From Promethearchaeota archaeon (GTDB taxonomy: Archaea > Asgardarchaeota > Lokiarchaeia > Sigyniarchaeales > SOKP01), in the NCBI GenBank assembly GCA_048938895.1, contig JBHLLU010000044.1:1-33284 (forward strand): a stretch of 33,284 nt of DNA. Reading direction: 5' to 3'. The translations under genes were made by a program, and so were the position numbers. This document shows, one piece after another, positions 18,674-29,003 of the stretch; position 1 is the stretch's first letter, and every line of letters starts with the position of its first letter. Below the pieces are notes generated by a model that saw only the letters and a program-made list of their open reading frames with translations, had not been told where the DNA came from and did no database searches.

Positions 18674-19684
18674 TTAATCTTCCTCCAACATAAATTCTTC
18701 TGCATCTTCCATACTGAAATCCATCATAGGAGGAAGTTTTTCAGCATTCAGACCAGATGTATAATCAAACCTCTCCTTCACTATTTTCTCCAATTTTCTT
18801 GTAATAAAATTCAAATCAATACCAACTGGGCATACCGAAGAACATGCTCCACATGCAACACATCTCCCTGCTAGATGTTGAGCACGGATTAAATGAAATG
18901 TGAAAATATCGGTATATTCAGTAGTTTTGTTAAACCAAATTGGCTTATTTTGATCTACGAAACAGAGATTACAATAACACACAGGACAAGCTTGACGGCA
19001 GGAATAGCATAAAGTACAAACCTCCAACTCTTTCTTAATATAATCCCACTTTTCCTGACCAGACTTTGCTTCAAATTCATCAATATCCGCAAATTCATCA
19101 TGTATAGATTCTAGCAAATTACACTCCCCCAAACATGTTGCTTCCGTGGCAGAGGGTGTTTTTACTTTACAAACTTTACATAATTCATTAATATATTCTG
19201 AATAGGGAAATTTCTTCTCCCAATCTTTCCCCTTCACTATTATTTCATCACCTGCAATAGACACATCAAGGATCTCGTTCTCTCCTATTTCCATAGCAAT
19301 CTTGCTTCTATTCACAATTCCATTGCAGTTAAAACCTATCATTTTAACTTTATCAAGATCTATCTGTTTCTCAGCAGCTAGCAAATTTACTGCTCTTCCC
19401 ACACATCCTTTTGCAACAATACCAATTTTCAAAGCATTTCTTTCTGCATCACAGAGTTGGGGCATTAATGGGGCTAGATATCGAGCCAAATTAATATAAC
19501 ATAAATTATTCCAAACTAATTTATCGACATGTTCTTCTTTTCGAATTACAATAGGAGTTGAACTTAAAGGGATAGTTCCCTGCGAATATCCTATTATAAC
19601 ATCTACCTGTTTTTCACTGAGCATCTTTTTGGCAGTCTCTCTGATAGAGGCTTCAATTTTTTTATTTTCTTCTTCAATTCCCAT
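18674..19684 (-). CDS. 4Fe-4S dicluster protein with FdhB/FrhB-like N-terminus (FlxC-like)
   Basis: VDVIIGY, KGC, CKVC, CTLCYSCRQACPVCYCNLC, HLAGRCVACGACSSVCP. Confidence 0.8.
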   Translation of the reverse strand: MGIEEENKKIEASIRETAKKMLSEKQVDVIIGYSQGTIPLSSTPIVIRKEEHVDKLVWNNLCYINLARYLAPLMPQLCDAERNALKIGIVAKGCVGRAVNLLAAEKQIDLDKVKMIGFNCNGIVNRSKIAMEIGENEILDVSIAGDEIIVKGKDWEKKFPYSEYINELCKVCKVKTPSATEATCLGECNLLESIHDEFADIDEFEAKSGQEKWDYIKKELEVCTLCYSCRQACPVCYCNLCFVDQNKPIWFNKTTEYTDIFTFHLIRAQHLAGRCVACGACSSVCPVGIDLNFITRKLEKIVKERFDYTSGLNAEKLPPMMDFSMEDAEEFMLEED

Positions 19685-19687
19685 TTC

Positions 19688-20137
19688 TTACCACTCCTTT
19701 TGAAATTTTGTATTTGGACCTAATTCTTTTACTAACTTAGTGGCTTTTTTGACCAACGTAGCGAACCTTTCACCTTCCGCTGCAGAAGCCCACATGAAAT
19801 TTACTCTTCCTGGCTCAATTCCAAAAAATTCTAAGAGTTCTTTCAATATGGCAAAGCGTCTTCTAGCGACTAAGTTTCCGCTAATATAATGGCAATCACC
19901 AGGATGGCAGCCACTTACAAGCACGCCATCCCAACCATCAACAAGACTCTTCACTATAAAATAAGGATTGACGCGTCCACTACACGGTACTCTGACAATC
20001 CTTATATTTGGGGGATATTGAATTCTACTTACTCCCGCGAGATCTGCACCAGCATATGAGCACCAGTTACATAAGAATGCGATGATCTTTGGTTCCCACT
20101 TTTCTTCAACTTTCTTTTCCAAAACTGTTTCAGTCAT
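19688..20137 (-). CDS. mvhD: MvhD/FlxD 2Fe-2S subunit
   Basis: FLCNWCSYAGADLAG, RVPCSGRV, GCHPGDCHY, WASAAEG. Confidence 0.93.
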   Translation of the reverse strand: MTETVLEKKVEEKWEPKIIAFLCNWCSYAGADLAGVSRIQYPPNIRIVRVPCSGRVNPYFIVKSLVDGWDGVLVSGCHPGDCHYISGNLVARRRFAILKELLEFFGIEPGRVNFMWASAAEGERFATLVKKATKLVKELGPNTKFQKEW

Positions 20138-20153
20138 TTTCTTTTACCTCCTT

Positions 20154-23100
20154 TTAGCCTATGCGGCCAGTTATCATTTCATAAATTTGTTCGGCAGTAA
20201 AGCCTAAAATGTCGATGGCACTACATCGACAATTCCCACTACATGCTCCACATCCTTTACATAGTGCTTGATTAATTGAGGCTACAAGACCAAATCTTCT
20301 ATCTTCAATTAATTCTATTGCATTATACGCGCAGTTTTCGACGCACATACCACAACCGATACAACGAGCCATATCAATTACAGCTGTCTTCCCTTCAGCT
20401 TCAATTTCGTCTTTAGAGAGAATAGTGCATGCTCTTGAAACTGCAGCATTCGCTTGTGAAATTGAGTCCTCTATAGTTTTCGGGCAGTGAGCCAATCCAG
20501 CGACAAAAATTCCTTCAGTCGCAAAATCGACTGGGCGAAGCTTAACGTGGGCTTCTAAATAAAAATTATCATCATTTAACGGTACTTTTAACATTTTTGC
20601 AAGTTCTTCATTATCTTCATGGGATGCAACAATACCAGCACTTAATACCAATAAATCGGCGGGGATTGATAAGTCACCCGCTTTTGCAGTCTTCACATCC
20701 ACTTTGAGTGAAGAACCATTTGCAGTAATTTCAGGAGGATGTTCCTCATCATATCGAAGGAATATAACTCCTGCTTCTCTTGCTTGTCTATAATATTTTT
20801 CTTTAAATCCATAAGTTCTAATATCTCGAAAGAGAATTATAACTTCCTTTTCTGGATTTAATTCTTTTACTAATAAAGCATTTTTAATTGCTTCAGCACA
20901 GCACATTTTACTACAGTAGGGATGTTCTTCGTTTCTTGAACCTACACACTGTATCATTACAATAGTATTCTTATCTTTCACAGCTCCATTAGTATTGAGA
21001 ATTTTTTCAAATTCAGATTGTAAAATAACATTATCATTTTGGCCATAGAGATATTCTTTAGGTCTGTATTCGTTTGCTCCTGTGGCAACAACTACAACCC
21101 CATGATCAAATTCAGCTCTGTCTTTATTTTTTCCATAAACTACTGTAGTCTTGAAGTTACCAATATATCCATTCAAGGCTTCTATTTCGGCTTCTGTATA
21201 CACATGAATAAATTTATTTGAGTTCACTTTGTCAATCAATTCTGCCACATATGCTTGAACATCTCCACCTTCAAGGGTATGATATATATGATTAGCAAAA
21301 CCACCTAATTTTGCTTCCCTCTCGACTAAATAGGTTTCAATTTCTTGACTTGCAAAATTTAATGCTGCGACCATACCTGTTATACCTCCACCAATAACCA
21401 TTGCCTTTTTAGTTACACCCAATTTTATTCTGTCTATCGGGGCAATCATACGAGCTTTATTAACCGCCATTCTCACCAAATCTTTTGCTTTCTGTGTAGC
21501 TTCTTCTGGTTGGTTCATATGAACCCAGGAACACTGATCTCTGATATTTGCCATTTGGAAGAGGTATCTATTTAATCCCGCTTCCCTAATTGTTTCTTGA
21601 AATAATGGTTCATGTGTTCGTGGTGTACATGATGCTACAATAACACGATTTAAATGATATTCTTCTATTGTATCTTTGATTATTCCTTGGGTATCTGCTG
21701 AACAAGTATATAAATTCCTGTCTGCTATAACTACATTTGGAAGGTTGCTGGCATATTTAGTAACATCGGGAACGTCTACATAACCTCCGATGTTAATTCC
21801 ACAATGACAGATAAATACACCTATTCTTGGTGGTTGTCCTGCTACAAAGATTTCTGGCGGGAGTGTTTTTTCAGTAATTAATTTTCCTCTTTCAGAATAT
21901 AATAGTTGATCCACACATCCTGCAGCTGCGCTTGCTTGAGTGACGGTTTCAGGAATGTCTTTTGGTTGAGAAAACGCACCACAAGCAAAAATACCTGGTC
22001 TAGTAGTCTGTACGGGATTAAAAATATCGGTTTTTGCAAATCCAAATTCATTTAATTCTATATCGAATTTCTCAGAAAGATGTTTTGCATCATTCGGAGG
22101 GTTAAGACCAACTCCTAAAACCACCATGTTGTACACTTCTTCTACAACCTTTCCATCCTCAGTTTCATACCGTAAGATTAAATTATTTGTCTCAGGATCT
22201 TCATCTATCGACGATATACGACTCCTAATATACCTAATACCATATTCTTCCTGAGCTCTAATGATATATTTATCAAAATCTTTCCCATACGCTCGAATGT
22301 CCATACTGAAAATGGTTGGTTTTACCTCATGCTGATGTTCATGAGCGATTACTGCTTCTTTCGCAGTATACATACAACACACTGAAGAACAATAAGGCTG
22401 CCCCTTTCCTGAATAATCTCGTGATCCTACACACTGCAAGAATGCTACTTTTTTTGGAATATCTCCATCAGAAGGTCTTAAGACTCTTCCTGCATATGGA
22501 CCACTTGCACTTAAAATTCTTTCAAATTCAATACTGGTAACCACGTTTTTAAATTTACCATAACCATATATATTAGCCTCTTGAGGAACAAACTCATCAA
22601 AACCGGGTGCTAATACTATTGCCCCAACATTGATATCGACCACTTCATCTGCTCTGTCGTATTGTACAGCTTTTGCTTTGCATACACCTGCACATACACC
22701 GCATCCAATACAATAATCCTTATTAATTGCATATACTAGCGGAACTGCTTGGGGGTATTTGACTGAAGTTGCTGCATATTTAGCTAAACCTTCATTAAAT
22801 ACATCTATCGCCTCGACAGGACATGATCTCCCACATACACCACACCCTGTACATATATCTGGATTAATATAAAGCGAATTCTTTTTTACCTTAACCGTAA
22901 AGTTTCCAGGATCACCCGAAACATCCAATATTTCACAATTAATGCTTAGATCTATATTTTGATGTCTACCAGTCTCTACTAGCTTCGGACTGACAATACA
23001 CATAGCACAATCGTTTGTTGGGAAAGTTTTATCTAGTTGTGCCATTACTCCCCCTATACTAGTAGATGATTCAATTAAATAAACTTTAAAACCTGAATCA

Positions 23101-23180
23101 CCCAAATCGAGTGCTGCTTGGGAGCCTCCAATTCCCGCGCCTACAACCATAACTGCTCCTACTTTTTCCACTTTTATCAT
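20154..23180 (-). CDS. hdrA: Heterodisulfide reductase subunit A, long double-FAD form (1008 aa)
   Basis: GAGIGG, LDKTFPTNDC, inserted ferredoxin, QCVGSR, YCSSVCC; internal RIGVFICHCG and ASCTPRTH; second GGGITG and QCVGSR; EAHVKLRP; C-terminal ferredoxin. Confidence 0.93.
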   Translation of the reverse strand: MIKVEKVGAVMVVGAGIGGSQAALDLGDSGFKVYLIESSTSIGGVMAQLDKTFPTNDCAMCIVSPKLVETGRHQNIDLSINCEILDVSGDPGNFTVKVKKNSLYINPDICTGCGVCGRSCPVEAIDVFNEGLAKYAATSVKYPQAVPLVYAINKDYCIGCGVCAGVCKAKAVQYDRADEVVDINVGAIVLAPGFDEFVPQEANIYGYGKFKNVVTSIEFERILSASGPYAGRVLRPSDGDIPKKVAFLQCVGSRDYSGKGQPYCSSVCCMYTAKEAVIAHEHQHEVKPTIFSMDIRAYGKDFDKYIIRAQEEYGIRYIRSRISSIDEDPETNNLILRYETEDGKVVEEVYNMVVLGVGLNPPNDAKHLSEKFDIELNEFGFAKTDIFNPVQTTRPGIFACGAFSQPKDIPETVTQASAAAGCVDQLLYSERGKLITEKTLPPEIFVAGQPPRIGVFICHCGINIGGYVDVPDVTKYASNLPNVVIADRNLYTCSADTQGIIKDTIEEYHLNRVIVASCTPRTHEPLFQETIREAGLNRYLFQMANIRDQCSWVHMNQPEEATQKAKDLVRMAVNKARMIAPIDRIKLGVTKKAMVIGGGITGMVAALNFASQEIETYLVEREAKLGGFANHIYHTLEGGDVQAYVAELIDKVNSNKFIHVYTEAEIEALNGYIGNFKTTVVYGKNKDRAEFDHGVVVVATGANEYRPKEYLYGQNDNVILQSEFEKILNTNGAVKDKNTIVMIQCVGSRNEEHPYCSKMCCAEAIKNALLVKELNPEKEVIILFRDIRTYGFKEKYYRQAREAGVIFLRYDEEHPPEITANGSSLKVDVKTAKAGDLSIPADLLVLSAGIVASHEDNEELAKMLKVPLNDDNFYLEAHVKLRPVDFATEGIFVAGLAHCPKTIEDSISQANAAVSRACTILSKDEIEAEGKTAVIDMARCIGCGMCVENCAYNAIELIEDRRFGLVASINQALCKGCGACSGNCRCSAIDILGFTAEQIYEMITGRIG

Positions 23181-23185
23181 CCTCC

Positions 23186-23947
23186 TTATAATCTATGAAA
23201 CATTGGTGTAATTCCAATGATTTCACCAAAGTCAACTAAACCTCGAGTTTTTAATTTCGTCATATGTTCTAAAACTATACTTGGATCAATTTCTAATTCA
23301 GAAGCTAAATCCTTTACTGATTTTGAATCTTCTTCTAATGAGATTAAAATTCTGGCACGTTCATATTCTTCAACTATTGCCTCATCAAATATTTGCATAA
23401 ATTTATCAATATCAGTTTTTTCTCCGTATACATTTTCTTGTTCGGTGATTTTTCTCTCTCTTCCAACTAAAGCTCTCATTCTATCACCACCAGCAGCCAT
23501 CTTCAATGCTCGTAATTTAGTAAGAACTTCTGCATCTGGATTATCTCCTCCTGCAGGAGAAGGTCCAAGTGATTTAATCTGTTCAGTAAATTCGGTGACA
23601 ACAGCACCATATCTAGTCCCTTCAGAAGCAGAAACCCATTCTAAACGGACTCTATTATCGAAACCTATAAGTTTAAGGAACTTTACAAGCATATCAAATT
23701 TCTTTACTGCTTCATAATTTCCTTCAAGATAATGGCAGTCTCCAATATGGCATCCCATAACAATTACTCCATCGGCACCCACCTCAAATCCATGAAGGAC
23801 GAATGCCGGATCTACCCTACCGCTACACATTACTCGAATTACTCTGATATTTGGAGGGTATTGTACTCTGCTTACTCCTGCTAAGTCTGCTCCTGCATAG
23901 GAACACCAATTACATAAAAATCCTAATATTTTTGGTTCAAAACTCAT
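23186..23947 (-). CDS. mvhD: MvhD-like subunit with C-terminal extension ending in a winged-helix-like segment
   Basis: FLCNWCSYAGADLAG, RVMCSGRV, GCHIGDCHY; extra ~120 aa ending KSVKDLASELEIDPSIVLEHMTKLKTRGLV. Confidence 0.88.
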   Translation of the reverse strand: MSFEPKILGFLCNWCSYAGADLAGVSRVQYPPNIRVIRVMCSGRVDPAFVLHGFEVGADGVIVMGCHIGDCHYLEGNYEAVKKFDMLVKFLKLIGFDNRVRLEWVSASEGTRYGAVVTEFTEQIKSLGPSPAGGDNPDAEVLTKLRALKMAAGGDRMRALVGRERKITEQENVYGEKTDIDKFMQIFDEAIVEEYERARILISLEEDSKSVKDLASELEIDPSIVLEHMTKLKTRGLVDFGEIIGITPMFHRL

Positions 23948-23949
23948 TT

Positions 23950-25647
23950 TTATTTACCTCCGAATGCATCAATTTCAGCCATTATTTGATCATCCGTAAA
24001 ATGCCTTATTACAATGGCATGATTTGTACACGTAGCTCCGCAAACACCGCATCCTTTACATAATACTTGAGTTATAACAATCTCATCATTCTCATCTTTA
24101 CTTATTGCGTTATAAGGACATACGGTAACACATACCTCACATCCAGAGCATAAAGCTTTATTATATTCAGGTAATGATGAGGTTGCTCCTTCAACTTCAA
24201 GGTCTTTATGAGACAGAATTGTGCTTGCTCGTGAAGCCGCAGCATACCCTTGAGTAATAGATTCTGTAATATCTACAGGCCATTTTGCCGATCCACAAAC
24301 ATATACTCCATCAGTGGCAAAATCCATAGGTCTAAGCTTCACATGAGCCTCTAAAAAGAAACCATTTTCTTCTAAAGGTACCTTAAGCAGTTGAGCAAGA
24401 GCTTTATTTTCAGTATTAGCGACTAATGGCACAGATAATACTAATAAGTCATAAGGAATACTAAGTTCTTCTCCAATGTATTGATTATAGACTTTAATGG
24501 TATCTCCCTCCACATTAGGTAATTTATCAGGACTATATGTGACAAAAACAATTCCTGCTTCTCTCGCCCTTCTATAATAATCTTCATAGTAAGAACCAGG
24601 TGTATAGAAATCTCTAAAAAGTATTGTGATATTAGCATCAGGATTCTTCTCTTTAATCATTAATGCATTCTTTAAAGCAGTCATGCAACATACATTAGAA
24701 CAATATTTCCGTTCTTCGATTCGTGCACCAACACACTGAATCATCACAATCTCGTTGGCTTTCACATCATCATTTTTTAATTTTACTTCCAATTGACTTT
24801 GAGTTATACGTTTCTTTCCGTCATAACCGTAATATCCTTCAGGAGTAAATAATGACGTACCAACTGCAACTATAATACAACCGATATTGAGGGGGATTAT
24901 TTTACCTTTTTGCTCTACTTCGATTTCATAGTTTCCTACAAATCCTTCTATATTTTTAACTTGCGCGGAAGTATATACAGTTAAATTTGATCTATCCTCA
25001 ATTTTTTTCTTTAACGCATCCAGAAGTTCAGATGCCTCTATATCCTTAGGATAGAGTTTATAAATTCCATTTAACCTCCCCCCTAACTGGTTTTCTTTCT
25101 CCACTAAATGAGTTTCAAATCCTTGGTTACTTAAGTTAAGCGCAGCAGTCATACCCGCAACGCCCCCTCCGATTACTAATGCCGTAGGGGTGACATCAAC
25201 AACGATTTTGTCTAAAGCTTCAAGCCTTTCAGCTTTAGCAACACCCATCTTTACGACTTCATTTGCTTTGATGAAGGCTTTATCCGGAACTTTCTGATGG
25301 ACCCATGTATTCTGATCACGTATATTAACGAAGTTAAAAAGGTATGGGTTTAATCCTTCCTCTTCAATACATGCTCTGAATAATGGTTCATGAGTTCTGG
25401 GGGTGCAGGACGCAACTACGACTCTATTTAAATTGTGTTCTCGTATGCCTTTTTTAATCTCAGCTAATCCTGTTTCTGAGCAGGTATAAAGATTGTCTTG
25501 GGTAAAAACCACATGAGGTAAAGATTTAGCTCGTTCAGCAACCTCCTTACAATCAATATAACCACCAATGTTCGTTCCACAATGACAAATAAACACTCCA
25601 ATTCTAGGTTCTACTTTTTTATCTTCCTTCTTTTCTTCTTCTGACAT
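23950..25647 (-). CDS. hdrA: HdrA-like protein (QmoB-like half; corresponds to the C-terminal part of the long HdrA)
   Basis: RIGVFICHCG, ASCTPRTH, NIRDQ, GGGVAG, QCVGAR, YCSNVCC, EAHVKLRP, C-terminal 2x[4Fe-4S]. Confidence 0.9.
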   Translation of the reverse strand: MSEEEKKEDKKVEPRIGVFICHCGTNIGGYIDCKEVAERAKSLPHVVFTQDNLYTCSETGLAEIKKGIREHNLNRVVVASCTPRTHEPLFRACIEEEGLNPYLFNFVNIRDQNTWVHQKVPDKAFIKANEVVKMGVAKAERLEALDKIVVDVTPTALVIGGGVAGMTAALNLSNQGFETHLVEKENQLGGRLNGIYKLYPKDIEASELLDALKKKIEDRSNLTVYTSAQVKNIEGFVGNYEIEVEQKGKIIPLNIGCIIVAVGTSLFTPEGYYGYDGKKRITQSQLEVKLKNDDVKANEIVMIQCVGARIEERKYCSNVCCMTALKNALMIKEKNPDANITILFRDFYTPGSYYEDYYRRAREAGIVFVTYSPDKLPNVEGDTIKVYNQYIGEELSIPYDLLVLSVPLVANTENKALAQLLKVPLEENGFFLEAHVKLRPMDFATDGVYVCGSAKWPVDITESITQGYAAASRASTILSHKDLEVEGATSSLPEYNKALCSGCEVCVTVCPYNAISKDENDEIVITQVLCKGCGVCGATCTNHAIVIRHFTDDQIMAEIDAFGGK

Positions 25648-25651
25648 GATT

Positions 25652-26950
25652 TTAACCTCCTCTTACTAATTCTGCTGCTCGTGCTGCCGCTCCACTAGCT
25701 TCAGCTACAGATCGTGGAATATCCATTGGTTCCCGAGCGCATCCACAGGTATATATGCCTTCAATACTCGATTCGACTGGAAAAAAGGGATCTGTTTTTA
25801 TAAACCGATTCTTATCTAACTCTATTCCCAAGATCTTTGAGACTTTTTCATTAGAGAGTGAAGGAATGATACACGTAGCTAATACAACAAGATCAAACTT
25901 TATCTGCTTAATTTCACCACAATCTAAATCTTCATAAGTAATGATAGGGCTTTGATTCTCATCTACTTCTATGTGAGAAATTTTGCTTTTAATATACTTA
26001 ATATTATACTCTTCTTCACCACGTAGGAGAAACTTCTGAAATCCCTTTCCACCGGCACGCAAGTCTATATAAAACACATAAGATTCGAGTTCATTATTAT
26101 GTTCATAGGCAACCATTGCTTCTTTTGTTGTATACATACAACATACAGCAGAGCAATAATCCTGAGTACGATAGTTTCTGGAATCGATACATTGAAGGAA
26201 GGCAATCTTTTTGGGAGTTCTTCCGTCAGATAATGTCTTCAAATGACCATGTTGAGGTCCTGAAGCACAGATTAAACGTTCAAATTCCATTGAAGTAACT
26301 ACATTTTCATATTTTTGATACCCATAAACATTGAGAGTGTGAATGTCTTCTGCTAAATCGACTCCAGTTGCTACAATTACAGCACCAACATCGTTTATCG
26401 AAATTACTTCTTCTTTTTGTGTAAAATCAATTGCATCTGCTCCACATTGTTGGTAGCATAAACCACAAATACCATAATTAAGGTATAAACATTTATCAGG
26501 ATTGATACGATATACAGGAGGAACTGCTGCTGGAAACGCAATTTGAGAAGCCGATTGAGTCATCAAATCAGCATCAAAGAAGTTTGTACAGCCACGAACA
26601 GGACAAATAGCCCCACAATCCCCACAATTTGTACAGACACCTTCTCTCACATACCTTGGGTGTTTTAACACTTCAACCGTAAAATTTCCAGCGGATCCTT
26701 CAATTTTCTGAACTTCTGATAATGTATAAAGCGTAATATTTGGATGTCTATAACATTCTGAAAGCTTAGGTGCAAGAATACAAATAGAACAGTCGAGGGT
26801 AGGAAATGTTTTATCAAGTTGAGCCATACGACCTCCAATACAAGGTTGCTTTTCTACTAGGGTAACATTAATCCCCATATCTCCTAAGTCTAATGAGGCT
26901 TGGATACCAGCGATTCCTGCACCGATAACAACTACAGATTTTTCTGACAT
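25652..26950 (-). CDS. hdrA: HdrA-like protein (QmoA-like half; corresponds to the N-terminal part of the long HdrA)
   Basis: GAGIAG, LDKTFPTLDC, inserted ferredoxin, EFERL, QCIDSR, YCSAVCC. Confidence 0.9.
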   Translation of the reverse strand: MSEKSVVVIGAGIAGIQASLDLGDMGINVTLVEKQPCIGGRMAQLDKTFPTLDCSICILAPKLSECYRHPNITLYTLSEVQKIEGSAGNFTVEVLKHPRYVREGVCTNCGDCGAICPVRGCTNFFDADLMTQSASQIAFPAAVPPVYRINPDKCLYLNYGICGLCYQQCGADAIDFTQKEEVISINDVGAVIVATGVDLAEDIHTLNVYGYQKYENVVTSMEFERLICASGPQHGHLKTLSDGRTPKKIAFLQCIDSRNYRTQDYCSAVCCMYTTKEAMVAYEHNNELESYVFYIDLRAGGKGFQKFLLRGEEEYNIKYIKSKISHIEVDENQSPIITYEDLDCGEIKQIKFDLVVLATCIIPSLSNEKVSKILGIELDKNRFIKTDPFFPVESSIEGIYTCGCAREPMDIPRSVAEASGAAARAAELVRGG

Positions 26951-26965
26951 TTTTTTATCCTCCTT

Positions 26966-28084
26966 TTATTTACTCACTTTATTTGTTGTCATTCTTTTTA
27001 ATAAATCAAGCTTACTTTCTTTCCATTGAGGTATAGGTGATTTTGTTGGGACAAATTTTTCTACATATCCATCAATAATAGCATTAGAAATTAATTCTTG
27101 ACCCCTTTCTGTCCTAACAATGATCATAGAATTTTGTTGAACTGCTCCAGAACCACCAAAACTAATGTCAGCAAATCGACTCGTAAATTCATCACATTCT
27201 TTACAGTGGTTTCGTACCGCTGGATCGAATGTATGAAGTTCGACTTCCTTCACTTCATTTGTTTTACTGGTGATAAAGAAATTCTTCTTGATATTCATCT
27301 TAGCAATATCCTTAGGCTCTAAACCAGTTTCAACTTTCACAAGCTCAAATAATTTATCATAATCAAAGTTCTCCATGCAAAATAGCCCAAACACATATTT
27401 GATTACATGGGTCGGTGTAATATTCAGCAGCTGCATTTTTCTTACAGCTCGGCATTGACATGGAGTTCCTACAAATGCCATTCGTAATTGATTAATATCA
27501 TAAATTTGTTTTTGCTTTTGTACAATATCTTCGGCAATCTCGTATAAATCTTTCAATGGAAGCAGGTTTGATGAGATTGTATATCTTGTACCCGAAGTTT
27601 TAAACAGATCTTCTTTATTATAAATAATCTCAGGAATTGGCTTTAGATTTTCATCATATGCAGAAACTACTGCACCATCGATTTTATTTTTATCAAATAA
27701 ATACATAAGAAGAGTGGTTACTAAACCTCCATCTTGCCCTACTTCCCTTATTTTGGCATCAGTGGTTTTTGCTGCGATAATATCTGTAACAAATCCCATG
27801 TTGTCTTTTATTTTATATTGACTATTTATTTTATCCATCAATGGTAAAGTCTGAGGGCAAATATAATAGCAAAGACCACATTCCTTACAATTATCGACAT
27901 TTGCATCTGATATGAATTGAGGAGTATATCCCTCCATCTTAATAACATCAAAATGTTGTGAATTACAATACGCAACACATGCACCACATGCGCAGCATTT
28001 GTTAGTTTTAATAATTTCATCTTCAAGATCTTTGAAGATTTTAACATCCTTTAATAACGATTTCTTTGGGGTAACTTCTGTCAT
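26966..28084 (-). CDS. Coenzyme F420 hydrogenase/dehydrogenase beta-family protein (FrhB/FpoF-like) with N-terminal ferredoxin
   Basis: CCACGACVAYC, CKECGLCYYICP, GQDGGLVTTLL, GTRY, VGTPCQ, GLFCMENF, CKEC...ADISFG. Confidence 0.9.
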   Translation of the reverse strand: MTEVTPKKSLLKDVKIFKDLEDEIIKTNKCCACGACVAYCNSQHFDVIKMEGYTPQFISDANVDNCKECGLCYYICPQTLPLMDKINSQYKIKDNMGFVTDIIAAKTTDAKIREVGQDGGLVTTLLMYLFDKNKIDGAVVSAYDENLKPIPEIIYNKEDLFKTSGTRYTISSNLLPLKDLYEIAEDIVQKQKQIYDINQLRMAFVGTPCQCRAVRKMQLLNITPTHVIKYVFGLFCMENFDYDKLFELVKVETGLEPKDIAKMNIKKNFFITSKTNEVKEVELHTFDPAVRNHCKECDEFTSRFADISFGGSGAVQQNSMIIVRTERGQELISNAIIDGYVEKFVPTKSPIPQWKESKLDLLKRMTTNKVSK

Positions 28085-28123
28085 ATTATTTTCTCTTTAA
28101 TTTTTTTAATTAAATTAATAATT

Positions 28124-28999
28124 TTATGGAGTAAACTTTATACTCTCAAATAATTTATTTGGTCTAATCCTATGAAAATTAAACCCTAATTCTTCAGGCT
28201 TGAAGCCGAATGCTAATGCGACTAGTTCCGAAAGGTAGAATACAGGGAAATCATATGTAGATTCATTCTGTTTGTTGAGTTCTCTCTGATTAAATTCATA
28301 CTGTTGATAACATGCCGGACACACAACAACCACGCAGTTCGCACCTGCTTCTTGAATCGCCTTTAATTTTTGATCAATCATTAAGAGAGATAACTCTTTA
28401 TCGGATTTCTCGACCGGATTACCACAACATTCCATTTTCATCTCATATTCTACGGATTCAGCTCCAAGAGCTCTTACAATTTCATCTACAGTCGTCGGCT
28501 CAAATGGGTCATCCCAGTTTATTATTTCTGATGGCCGTAGATAATGGCACCCATAATGTACTGCTACTTTAAAACCGTCTAAAGGTTTATCCACATAAGC
28601 TTTAACCTTGTCTAAATTTTCAAAAAGTATCTCAGCAAAATGTTTAACTTCTACTTTTCCATCATAGGATTTTCCTACTTTCTTTAAGACTTTATTTACT
28701 TCTTCCATTGCGTGAGGATCTTTGTTGATGGCATAATTAACACCTTTTAATGTTTCTACACAACCAGAGCAAAATGAAACGACACCACCATTTTTATTAC
28801 AAAGGCTTAAATTCCTTGCCCCTAAAGCTAGCCAGGTTTTATGATCAATTAGTTCTATCCCTGTTGGATCTGGACAGCAACTAAAGCCATCGACGTCATT
28901 CAACTTAATACCAAGCTTTTCAAATACTTTTCTGGAAGAAGTTTCAAGGTAGGGTAATCTCGCCGGAATTACACAGCCAAGGAAAAGATCTAGACTCAT
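28124..28999 (-). CDS. hdrB: Heterodisulfide reductase subunit B
   Basis: FLGC, SCCP, CSGC, HYGCHYLRP, ECCG, CPAC. Start ATG 28999 after GGAGGT. Confidence 0.93.
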   Translation of the reverse strand: MSLDLFLGCVIPARLPYLETSSRKVFEKLGIKLNDVDGFSCCPDPTGIELIDHKTWLALGARNLSLCNKNGGVVSFCSGCVETLKGVNYAINKDPHAMEEVNKVLKKVGKSYDGKVEVKHFAEILFENLDKVKAYVDKPLDGFKVAVHYGCHYLRPSEIINWDDPFEPTTVDEIVRALGAESVEYEMKMECCGNPVEKSDKELSLLMIDQKLKAIQEAGANCVVVVCPACYQQYEFNQRELNKQNESTYDFPVFYLSELVALAFGFKPEELGFNFHRIRPNKLFESIKFTP

Positions 29000-29003
29000 T
29001 TTT

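Noticed and set aside
25647-25652. Split hdrA as a pseudogene or frameshift
   Set aside because: The downstream half has its own SD and ATG plus a charged N-terminal leader, and both halves keep their motifs.
19688-26950. Selenocysteine recoding in mvhD/hdrA and a SECIS role for the 16463..16517 hairpin
   Set aside because: All these ORFs are full length with Cys at the CxxC, GCH and CC positions and contain no in-frame TGA. The hairpin lacks a properly placed ATGA/GA quartet.
16816-28572. Short antisense and alternate-frame ORFs within the hdr/flx cluster
   Set aside because: They fully overlap well-supported genes and have no independent motifs or SD support.
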